A stretch of 64,000 bases of DNA from positions 263,810,001 to 263,874,000 of the forward strand of contig NC_067403.1 of NCBI RefSeq assembly GCF_016432865.1, given 5' to 3'. Positions 34,833 to 45,100 of the stretch are shown piece by piece (position 1 is the stretch's first letter; each line of letters starts with the position of its first letter). Below the pieces are notes generated by a model. The model ran no database searches and was not told the DNA's origin. It worked only from the letters and a program-made list of their open reading frames with translations. Made by a program: the position numbers and the translations under genes. Source of the stretch: Antechinus flavipes (taxonomy: Eukaryota).

Positions 34833-34905
34833 CGCAGGGGAGCCACTGACTAACGCACATTGTGCTGCGGGACCCACTGTGCGTGTGACAGCGGCTACCA
34901 TGCAG
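34833..34905 (+). ncRNA. MIR210: microRNA-210 precursor
   Basis: 5p arm AGCCACTGACTAACGCACATTG at 34841-34862 and 3p arm CTGTGCGTGTGACAGCGGCTA(C) at 34877-34898. The arms are complementary and the position is syntenic, between PHRF1 and RASSF7. Confidence 0.97.
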
Positions 34906-37531
34906 CCGGCCGGCCTCGGACTTCGGAAGTGGCCAGCCTCCCCACCAGCTGTCCCAGCTTCTCCCAAGTCCGGTGGAACATCCGAGCATCCCTGCGCTCT
35001 CCTGGTGGCGGTGAATCTCCGGTGGCGTCCCTGACCCTCTTAAAACCTGTCCTGGGCTCCCTGCTGGGGTTGGGGGAGGGGAGCAGGAGCGACCCATTTC
35101 TCTCTGGGCTCCATCTGTGGGCTTGTCCTTTGCCTGCCGCCTTGGTCTCCCCGAGCTGGGACTTTAGCTGTGAAAAAGGAAGAGGAGCCGGACTCCCACC
35201 TCCAGGGGAGCCCCAAGACCAAGAGGCTTGTCTGAGGTCACACAGCTTGTCTGAAGGCCCCCGGCCGGGATCTTTTGGGAGTTGGAGCGCCCATGTCGGG
35301 CTGCTTTCTCCTGTCCCGTCCTCTCCCAGAAGTGGCTTCTGACTTGGCCCAGTTAGCCACCGTTGCCCTTGAGTTTGGCCACTGGGATAGGGGGACAGGG
35401 GGCAATAGCTCCTTTCTGCCGGTTGGGAACTCCCGAAGCATGGCTGTGGGGGCTGTCAGGACAATTCCTGTGGATTCTGAGGCTTTACCTTTTGCCTATC
35501 ATTAGTTGCCCGGTAGTCCTAGGTACAGGGTGTTTCTTAACCCTTTTGTTCTTGCAGGATAAACTGTGGCTGAGATGGGAACCAACTGGGTGAAGATGGA
35601 AGTATGGCGGTCCTGAGAGGGCCCCAGCTGTCAGCACACTCCCCTTGCCCCATCACAAGTCCATTTCCCTTCTCCTGGTTAACTGGAAGGTGCCCAATGC
35701 CCACCCTGGAAGACGGTGGTCAGTGTATCTTTCCCAGGATCCTGGGAGAGATGGAGGCCCTCCCAGACCCCCCAAGTCCTCTCACAGAAACGTCCCTTCA
35801 GCATCTCCTGGGAGCGGAGTCCTTTGGAAGGGCCGCAGTTGGGACTCTCGGTTCTGGACCTGTGCTTCGCTTTGCTTGGGGAGGGCAACTGCTTCTCGTA
35901 CTGCCAATAAAGAATCATCTAAGGGCAGTGCGCCACTGCTTGGTGTTTGTGCTTGACAGCCCGCGTTTGAACAAGTTGCATCCTGGGGGTGGGTGTCTCC
36001 TTGGCTGCTGAGGCCTTTTGGGCTCTCCACATAGGAAGCTGGCAAGGTCCAGGGCTCAGGATGCTCTCACCTGCCAGGGATCTGGGGTGGGGTAAATGTG
36101 GGAGCAGAAAGACCCTGACCACTAGTGTTTTCCCGGCCTGAGGGCTAAAGACCAATGGTGCCCGTGATGGCCCCTAAAGGGGCCTGAGAAGTTAGAAAAA
36201 TGGACCGTGGGGGTGCTGGGCTCCATGGCCACTGAGGTCGCTACTAGGGGCCTCCCCTGAGCATTCCGGCTGTCAATGAAGACTTAGGCTCCGTTACTGG
36301 GGCAAGCACTAGCCTCCGCTGGGCTGCTCCACACAGATTCCGGCTGGGGCTGAATGGGGAAGCCTGTTCCTTTGGAGGGGACCCTCCCTCGGGGCAGCCT
36401 GGTACCCATTTGGGGTGCAAGGGGAAAGGCGCTGGAGGCAGGCAGGCTGCCGGAAGGAGAGGCTGACCTGGGCCAGTCTCTCTGGGCTCTTTGCCGCAGG
36501 ACGCAGAGCCAAGCTCTCCCCCGTGCCCAGGGCCTCAGGAATGTGGTATCGCCTCCAGGCGGGCCCTCACCAGCCAAACCAGTCCAGGCAGACGTGTTCC
36601 TGCGCCCAGAGAGGGCCCCCAGCAGGGGTTCTGGACTCCCAGGGCTGGGTCCCTGGTCTCAGGTGGCCTGGCCTAGCTGGTCTGTCCACTCCTCAGACAC
36701 CTCAGCCCTCAGTGCGCCCTGGAGTTGGCCCATGAGTCAGCTTGCAAGATTCCAGAGAGAAGCTGAGGAACCAGACTCTTCCCCTGGCACCTCCCTGCCT
36801 GCTGAGAGAGGGGTGTGGCTCTGGCTCAGCTGGCTCACAGGAAGCAGGCCCCTGCCGAAGGCTTCTTGGTCCTAGGAGGCCCCGGCGGCCCAGGGGTCTG
36901 GGTGGGGTGCGTCCAGGAGCCGAGGCTGGCAGGAGGGGGAAAGGAGGCGGCCATGAGCGAGACAGGGTATGAGGCAAGTGCGTGCCCGCTGTCTCTTGCC
37001 GGCTCTTTGTCCTCACCCCACGGTGAGCTGGAAAAGGAACCCAAGACTGCCCTTCCCTCTGTGAGGAAGCCCCGGCCTTTGGAGCAGACCATGCAGGAGG
37101 AGTCCTCGGAGGTCCTGTTCTCGATGTGACACCATTTCCGGGGCAGGGAGAGGGGGCCCCAGCAGCCTGATCGATGGGCAGGAACATGAGATGGAATGGG
37201 GAATTGCCAGGGAGGGGACGTGGACAGGGAGGTTCCCAGGACTCTGGGTATTCAGGCCGAGGCCTCGGGGAAACTTGGGCCTAAGCCCTGGGGCCACAGC
37301 CGAGGACAGACTCAGCCCACACTGTACTTGGGTGCCTTTATTCCAGGGGGATCCACACAGTGAGGAAAGGGACACACTCAGGCCACAGCAAGAGAGAGCC
37401 CCCCCGGTCCTGCTAGGAGTTTATTGGCCACAGTGTAGAGGTCTGAGGAATTGGCCAAAGGAGGCCGGCCAGGTCCGGGGGACCCCTGGCCGTCTGCCTG
37501 TCTGCCCCAGTCAGTCTTTCCCAGAGATCCC

Positions 37532-39092
37532 TCACTCATCTCTGACCAGTGCAGCATGTGTGGAGAGGGACAGGAGCTGGCTACTCCTCTGCCCAGCGGG
37601 ACGGCTGGAACATGGGTCCCCCGGCCTGGCAGCGACCGCCTTTAGCAGGGCCTCGGGGTCCAGGTGAGCTGTCTCTGAGAGAGAGGTGACGGTGAGAGCC
37701 GAGGGGGCCGAGCGAGCGGCCGACCACAGCCACGGACTCCCCGCGGCCGTGGCGGGCGGCGGAGAGGAAGGCGCCAGAGTGGCGGGCACACAAGGGCCCT
37801 GCTCAGAGTCTTCTTCCCGGAGGGGCAGGGGGAGCCGGCTTACGTGTGCTTTGGGGTTCAGGCTGGACATCTCGGGAAGGTGTGGGATGGGTTTGTTGGT
37901 GAGGCTGGAGGATCCTGTAGCAAACAGCGAGTGAGCCCGGGGAGCCCTGGGAAGCGGGGTGTTCTTCCTGGGGCTCCCCTGGTGCCCAGCTCCCCAGGCT
38001 CTCACCTGGCTGGAGCCAGGGCCCTGGGGCCTTGGGGGCAGCGCAGGCCCGGCCTGCTGGATGAACTGCTGCAGGTTACACTGTCTAAGCTCTCGGTTCA
38101 GCTCCTCCACCTCCTGGGCCTGGGCCTGAATGGGTAGGAGAGGGGAGCCATGAAGGAGCCGGGCCCCTGCCTTCGGGGGGGGGCACGGCGGGTGCTGGGT
38201 CAGGCTGGCCTCACCTGCAGGCTCTGCTCCGCTTCCGCCAGGGCCCGGCCCACGCTGGCCAGGCTGCTCTCCAGCCTCTCGCTCTGGAGGGCCTGGGTCT
38301 GCAGGTCCCTCTGGAGCCGGGCGGCCGCCGCCTCATCCTGCGGCCTCCGGGGGCCCGGCGCCTCCTGCTGCTGCTGCCGCCAGCGGATCTCCTCCTCCAG
38401 GGCCCGGGCCTGAGCGTCCAGCTCCCGAAGGCGCCGGACGCATTCCTCGGTGGCGGCCTGCAGTTTCTGCATGTGGCCCTGCCGCTCCAGCTCCTGTTCC
38501 AGTTCCCGCTTGAGCTCCTCTTGCCAGAAGCCCTCCTGACCCAGCTCGGCCTCATTGCTTTGGACCAGGTGCTCCAGGCCCCACAGCTCCCCTCCTATGT
38601 CCTCCTTGGGCCAGATGGAGCTCCTTCCCAAGGGGGGAGAGGGCCACCCCCTGCGGGGCTCATGGTGGGCAGGGGGCTGGGGCCTGGGGGGAAGGCTGGC
38701 CCACGCGAGGGAAGGCTCTGGGGGAAGACAGGGGTCCGAGGCGGGCCGTTCAGCTAGGCTGGGCCCCGTCCGCCGCAGCACAAACTGGACGTCGTTGGCA
38801 AACTGTCCACATGTGGCCTGGGCCCCCACCGGGCACTCCTGGGGCAGCATTTGCCGCTCCTTGTCTCGGAGTCGTTGGATGAGCACGTAGCGGCCCGTCT
38901 GCCCTGGGAAAGAGAAGGAGGTCGTCGGGGGGGAGGGTCCCAGTTCTGGATGCCCACCCACCTGCCAGCCCGGGGGCTGCCCTGCTCACCTAGGGCTTGG
39001 GCCAGGGCGATGACCACTTCCTGGCAGGTGGTCTGCTCTGAGACGCCACAGACCACGCGCTGGACTCCATCTACCCACACCTTCAGCTCCAT
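37532..39092 (-). CDS. RASSF7: Ras association domain family member 7, ~371 aa
   Basis: Exons 39092-38990 ([35 protein letters not shown]), 38903-38215 ([18 protein letters not shown]...coiled coil), 38125-38006 ([24 protein letters not shown]). The last two exons, 37904-37844 and 37674-37532, are phase-compatible but less certain. Minus-strand AATAAA at 37420-37425. Confidence 0.92.
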
Positions 39093-39449
39093 GGGAGCAG
39101 GGCCAGGGCATCCCAGCCTGACCTGGGGAGGGCAGAAGGGAAGGATGGAGGGAACCTTGAGGGACACCCCAAGTTCAGAGGGAGCCGGAAGCGGAGGGAT
39201 CAGAACTGGGGCACCCCGAGTTTAGCCGGGAAGGGGCCGGAAGAGAGCTGGAGGGGTCCGCAGCCCTAAGCAGCTCCTCATAGGGCGCCCCAAGTTGAGC
39301 GAGGGTTGGAGGTGGGGAACTCTCAGCCACGGGCAGCCTGGGCAGAGGAAAGCCAGGCTCTGGAGTCTTCTCCTTTCCCTGGGGCGGCCCCTTAAAAGGC
39401 CAGGCTCTGCTCCCCAGCCCGGGAGGAACCAAAGTCAAGAAGCCGCGCC

Positions 39450-41100
39450 TCCTCCCCAGCCCCGCCAGATCAGCTCCCGTTTGGGGGACCGAGTTCAGAG
39501 GTCAGGAGGAGCAGCGTCCCCCACTGATCTCTGACCCCGCCCCCAGATCCCGGAAAGTAGCAACTGACCCTGAGCAAAGGGCACCCAGAAGGAAGGTCCA
39601 ACAGTCCGGATCCTACCCTTGGGTCCTCTCCCCGCAGCTCCAAACCGACCAACCTCGTTGCGGCTCCGGCTCCGACTCTCGCTCCGGCTCAGGTTCGGGT
39701 TCGGTCCGTGTTCTGGCTCCGACAGTCCCGCCCCGCGGTTCCACACCACCACCTGATTAGCTGTTTGCCCGAGCCCCGCCCCGCCCCGCGCCCCTATTGG
39801 CCCAATGCCTATTGCCCCGCCCCACCCCACCCCGGGCGTCCATTGGTCGCAGTGGGGAGTTCGCCCCGCGGCCCCAGCCTCACCCTCATTGGCCGGATGC
39901 CTGTTGCCCCACCCCGCCCCACCTAGAGTCCTCATTGGCCACTCTCAACCTTGGGCCCCGCCTCACAATCCTATGACGGGCTTCCATTGGCTACCAAGAC
40001 TCCACGCCTCCAGCCGCGTCTCGTTTACCTGGCTGACGCTCCGCCCCTCTTCCATTGGTCAGTTTCGAGCTTACAGGTATGGGCGGGGCTAGGTATGGTC
40101 AGATGGTGCGACTGCCCCCAAACTCCGGCGGTCTGGCTCGTTGAGCCTCGAGGTCAGCGGTTAAAGTAGCCTTCCAGTCCAGACGGCTGTGTCACCTTGC
40201 CCTTGGGAGGGGAATGGTTTTCGTGTTGCCCAGTTTGTAACTTCTGACTTTTACCCTCTCCGTGACCTCTGACCCCATCATCTAATCCCGAGGAACCTGA
40301 TTTCCGGGTACCTGCTCTGAATGTCGCGGGCCTCATTTCTCCGTCCATAGGCCGTCAGTAACCGCCCCGCCCCTTTGTATCGCGCTCCCATTGGCTTTTG
40401 AATGTTCTCCCTCCCTTTCTTCAGGTCTCGCTCCCCCGGCGCGTTATTGGCTTTGGCCTAGGAGCTGAGTTGATGGTGGGCGAGTTCGGGCAACGGGAGG
40501 CGGGGTCTGAGGCGCAACCACCGCCTTTGATGTGCGCGTGCGCGGCTTCCGGCCTATTTGTCTCTAGCTAGCAATTGATGCCCTCGTGGTGTCTGCTCCC
40601 TTAGAATTCGGCCTACCTGGACTACCCGCGGCGTGCGAGGGCCTGCGGGACCGGGAGGGGGCGCTCATCGGAAATGGGCTTTGGTTGCAGGGGGCGGGGA
40701 GGAATGAGAGGGGAAATGAAGCCGAAGCTCTGAAAGGGAGGAGGGGCCCTGAGAAGGGCGGGGGTGAGAGCTGGGGGAAGGAGGGCAGCTGGGAAGGGGA
40801 GTTGGACACTCATCCTCATGAGAATGAGGGGCCAGAAGGTGGTCCCAGCCCCCAGTGGGCTCTGGGGACCTCAGACAGCGACCCAGGCAACTTTGTGACA
40901 AGGGGGGGAGGGGGGGAACGAGCCCCTTGGGGTGACAAAGCACGTGCGCGCGAAACCTGCCCGGGGGAGATGCAGATATGGACAGTCAGGCCTCAGGGGC
41001 CCGGGGGAAAGCGGAGCACCGCCAGGGCGCCTCCTGCACTTGGCAAAATTCGGGGGGAGGGAATGAGGGCGTGACTTAAATCCGCAGGCAAGACTTAGCG
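39450..41100. promoter_or_regulatory. CpG island / RASSF7 promoter with multiple CCAAT and GC boxes
   Basis: ATTGG at 39796, 39842, 39888, 39934, 39986, 40054, 40390 and 40446; CCGCCC boxes; ETS and NRF1-like motifs near 40535-40552. Confidence 0.75.
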
Positions 41101-42101
41101 GCCCCTCCTGGGGGGAGCCAGCGCCCCCCACCCCCGGCTGCCCGTCCATCCCCCATGCTAGGGATGCACCCCACTTCTGCTCCAGCTTCCTCCCTAGCCC
41201 CTCCGGAGGGAGGGAAAGAAGCCCGGGATCCCCAAAAAGGGCTACCGCCCGTCCCCGCCCTCAAGGAGCAAATAAGGTAAAGGCGGAGACTCGGCTGTGA
41301 ATAAGTAGAGACAGGGTCCCCTGGAAGCCACAGAGATGGCATTAAAGGGGCGTTGGCAACCGCCTTGTTTCCTCCTTTGGACCTCCCCCTTTTTGCCTTT
41401 TTCTCCTCCGAGCCAAACACACAGTAGGTGCTTTGTGGGCGAGCCTGTGGGTCCCGGAGCCCCGAGACTCATAGCCGACAGCCAAAGACCACCAGCTCCT
41501 AGGTTGGCGAGGGAAGCCCGGGGTGGATCAAGGCCATCTTGCTCCCCAGGACCTCCCTGGCCCAGGCGCCCTCCCTCCCGCTGGCAGCTTTTCCAAATTC
41601 CCCGGGGCTGGAATCCCCCCTTAGCTCCTCCATCCCCACCTACCAAAAAGCCCCAACCCCCAACCCCAAAGGTCTAGCGGGCTCTCTTCCTTTTTGTGGC
41701 TCAAGGGGAAAGGGCTTCTCCAACCAGCATCCATTCAGCCTGCCCTCCCCCACATCCCCGACCCTCCTGCCTCTGACCGTGGCTCTTTTGAAGGGCTTCC
41801 CCTCCCTCTCCTGACTCGGGCCGTTCAGGGCGCCATTTCTGGGCTCTGTGCCTCTGCGGCTTCAGCCTTCCTGGCAGCGGCCCTTCAAGGCCTCCCCGGG
41901 CTGGGCACTGGCCCTGACTCCTTCCCTTTCCTCCGGTCCCCCAGAGGAGGCGGTATCCAGTTCAGTGGTGTCATCAGCCCGGGGCCAGCGGGTCCTCCCT
42001 CCTAGAGCCTAGAGCTCCAAAAGGAGAAACTGAGGTCTCTGAAATGCTGGAACATCCTCAGAACAAACAGCCCCTCCTTCTAGGGCCCTGGAGGGGTGCC
42101 C

Positions 42102-42115
42102 GTAACCATGGAAAC
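42102..42115 (+). promoter_or_regulatory. RFX X-box GTAACCATGGAAAC
   Basis: Near-consensus palindromic X-box that contains the putative LMNTD2 ATG. Confidence 0.6.
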
Positions 42116-45100
42116 AACAACAAAGCCTGGGCTCCACAGCCCAGAGCTCCCAGTCTGCCTTAGGTGAGGGGCTGGGATGGGGGAGGGCGGTGGTGTTCAG
42201 GGGGCGCGGGTGGGGGTGCGAGCAGAAGCTTGAAATTGTATGAGGCCTTTTCCTCTTCTGTAAAATGGGCCTCCCCCCTCAGCCTTTAGCCAGCGCCGTA
42301 AGGTGCCCAAGGGCTGGGAAGGGGCTCCCTTCCCCACTGCAGACTTAAGGGGCTTCTCCTGGACAGGTGGGTTGTGGCAGCCTAGCAATCTCTCCCAGTC
42401 AGGCTCCCTCCAGGAACACCGGGGATGGCGGGGCAGCCTGCGGAACCCGGGGAGGACGGCTCCAGCCTGGAGCAGCTGGGCAGTGACTTGGGGCAGGAAC
42501 TCAAGGTCCACGAACCCTCCTGGACCATCTCCTGGCCCTCCTTCATGTGGAGCAGCGAAGGCCTGGAGGCCACAGATTCCGGGGCGACACCCGAGGGGGC
42601 CGACGGCAAATCCTCCCGCTCTTTCGCACTATCTCGGGGCAGCCAGCAGTAAGAGCCCGATGGGAGGGTCCCCACAGGGTCTGGGGCCGGGGCAGGGAGC
42701 GAGCGAAAGCCACGGTTCTGGAGCCTAAGACTGAGTCCGTGACTCTGCCGTTGAGGTTGGGGTGGGAGGCCAGAGCAGCCTGCAAGGTCCAAGGCCTGGA
42801 GGAAGTGACGCAGGGCCTCTGGGTCTGAGGTCTTCAAAGGGCGTGGGGGTTCAAGGCCAGGACAAGCTCTGGCTCTGAGCCTTCGGACCTAGGCTGGGGT
42901 TTGAGGGCTCTGGGTGTGACATTTGCAGTGGCCTCTCGGAGCACCTGGATCCAAGGGTCCTGAGGCTGCTGCTGGCCCAAAGGGAGCTGGAAATCCAAGG
43001 CCTTCGAAAGGCTGCTCAGTGTCCTTCTGGGAAACGGATGACTTACATACTCCATGAGCTGACAGACTCCAAGCCAGAAAGGTCAGGAGCCCTCAGCCCC
43101 CTCCCCCTCCCCCAGCTTCCCCCCTGCCCCACACTTTCCTTCACTGCCCCCCTCCTGTTGGGACCTCCCTACAGGACCTCCCGGGACCAGATCAAAGCCT
43201 TACAGCAGCAGATCGAGAAGATGACTCAGGAACTGCGGGACCAGAAGGAGCAAGCCTGCCAGGTGAGACTCCTCCGTGGGCCAGGGCTCTGGGGCTCCCT
43301 GGCCGGCCCGACGCCCACCCCTCCCTCCTCTGCCGGCCCGACGCCCGCGCTCCCTCCCCGGCCGGCCCGAAGCCCACCCCTCCCTCCCCAGCGGCCCGAA
43401 GCCCACCCCTTCCTCCTCTGCCGGCCCGAAGCCCACCCCTCCCTCCCCGGCGGCCCGAAGCCTACCCCTCCCTCCCCGGCGGCCCGAAGCCCACCCCTCC
43501 CTCCCCGGCGGCCCGATGCCCACCCCTCCCTCCCCGGCGGCCCGAAGCCCACCCCTCCCTCCCCGGCGGCCCGATGCCCACCCCTCCCTCCCTGCAGGAG
43601 AAAATGGAGTTGCAGAATCAGCTTCAAGAGGCCAACACGACTCTGAAGCGCCTGGAGGATGAGCTGCAGTCCTACCAGCGATCCTGTCTCTTGCACCTGG
43701 CCCGGTCCTCCTGGGCCGGCCGGGTGCTGCGCTCCCAGACGGGCAGCGTGGAGGTGGATGAGCCTGTGGGGGCTGCTTCCTTGGGGAGACATGGTGGGGG
43801 GAGGGGGGCGGGTCTCTCTGTCCCAGACAGGGCCTCTCCCTGGCTTTCAGCCCCTGGCTCCAGATAAGCAGCCAGGACCCTCCCCCTCCCTCCCTCCTTC
43901 CCCAGACTAGGAGCCAGGGAGGGACCCTGGGCCAGCTTCTCCCCCTGGGTCTGGGTCTCCTGAGCTCCCCGGGAGTTGATCACTATCTCTCTGCAGCCCC
44001 CATCCCCAGGAGCCAGGTGCCCCCAGGGACATCCAGCTTTCCCTCTATGATTCCGGATGTCTTGTAGGGATATCCCCTCGTCCCCAGCTGGCCAGGGCCC
44101 TTCTGCCCAGTGTGGCCGCCTCTTCTCCCTCTGTCTCCTCCTCCACCTGCGTCCCAGGGAGAGGGGCCTCTGTCAAGCATCTCCCCGTCTTCTGCAGCCC
44201 TAACGGGCAGGCCTTAGCCGTCCTCCTGCTGTCTCTCTCCTTCCAATGGGTGCCTAATGCAGGCTCCCTCACTAATCATCCCCTGGCTGCTTCTCTGCCG
44301 GCGGGATCCTCTCTTCTCACGGTTCTCCTTCGGTTCCATGGGCTGTGGCTCCCAGGTCCCTTCCGGGCCTCCCCCCCTTCTCGGCGCCCAGGGCTCTGTC
44401 GCTCTCTGTGCATGGGACTCTCTGGGTCTTACTGCCAAGGGGCAGTCCTTTAGTCCATCCCACAGACCCGTCCCTCTGGAACCGGGACCTTCCTGCCTGA
44501 TGACCTGCTGCGGGGCAGGACCTGGCACCCAGCAGGCGCTCGGCCATTGCTCGCCCCCTTGACCGTCTCCCAGGAAGACGTTACTTGCCCCTTTGGAGAT
44601 CCCACCTCGGGGCCCCTGCGGCCGCTAGCTTCCGGCCTTTGCCCTTTCCAGCACGGGGCAGCAGCGGCCCGGGGCTGCCGAGGGTCCCATGGGGCGGAAG
44701 CTTTCGCTGTCTCCGTTGCCTCTGAGGATGGCGTCTAAACTGCCCAGTGTTTGGGGTTCCAGCCTGGGGGCAGCAGGTGGCCCAGTGCAGGGTTCAGATC
44801 CAGGCTGGGTCACTTAGCCGCAAGCTGACCCCCCTCCCAGAGGGGTTGTGAAGCTCAAATGTGAACTTTGAACCCAGTGCTGGGGTGTAGCTGTGCCCCC
44901 CCCCCCAGCTGATTTCCTTCCTTTCTCCCGGACATACTTGTCATCAGCGTGGCCGAGTCAGCCTCCCCCCCTCAGCCTTTCACCCTCCTGGCCCCTGGGG
45001 CTTTGCTCCCGCTCTGCTCACCCTGGCCCTGCGCCTGCTCCCTGTTTCTCCTTTGAGGGGGTGCTAGCCCCCGCCCCCCGGGCCCCCAGACCCAGCTTAG

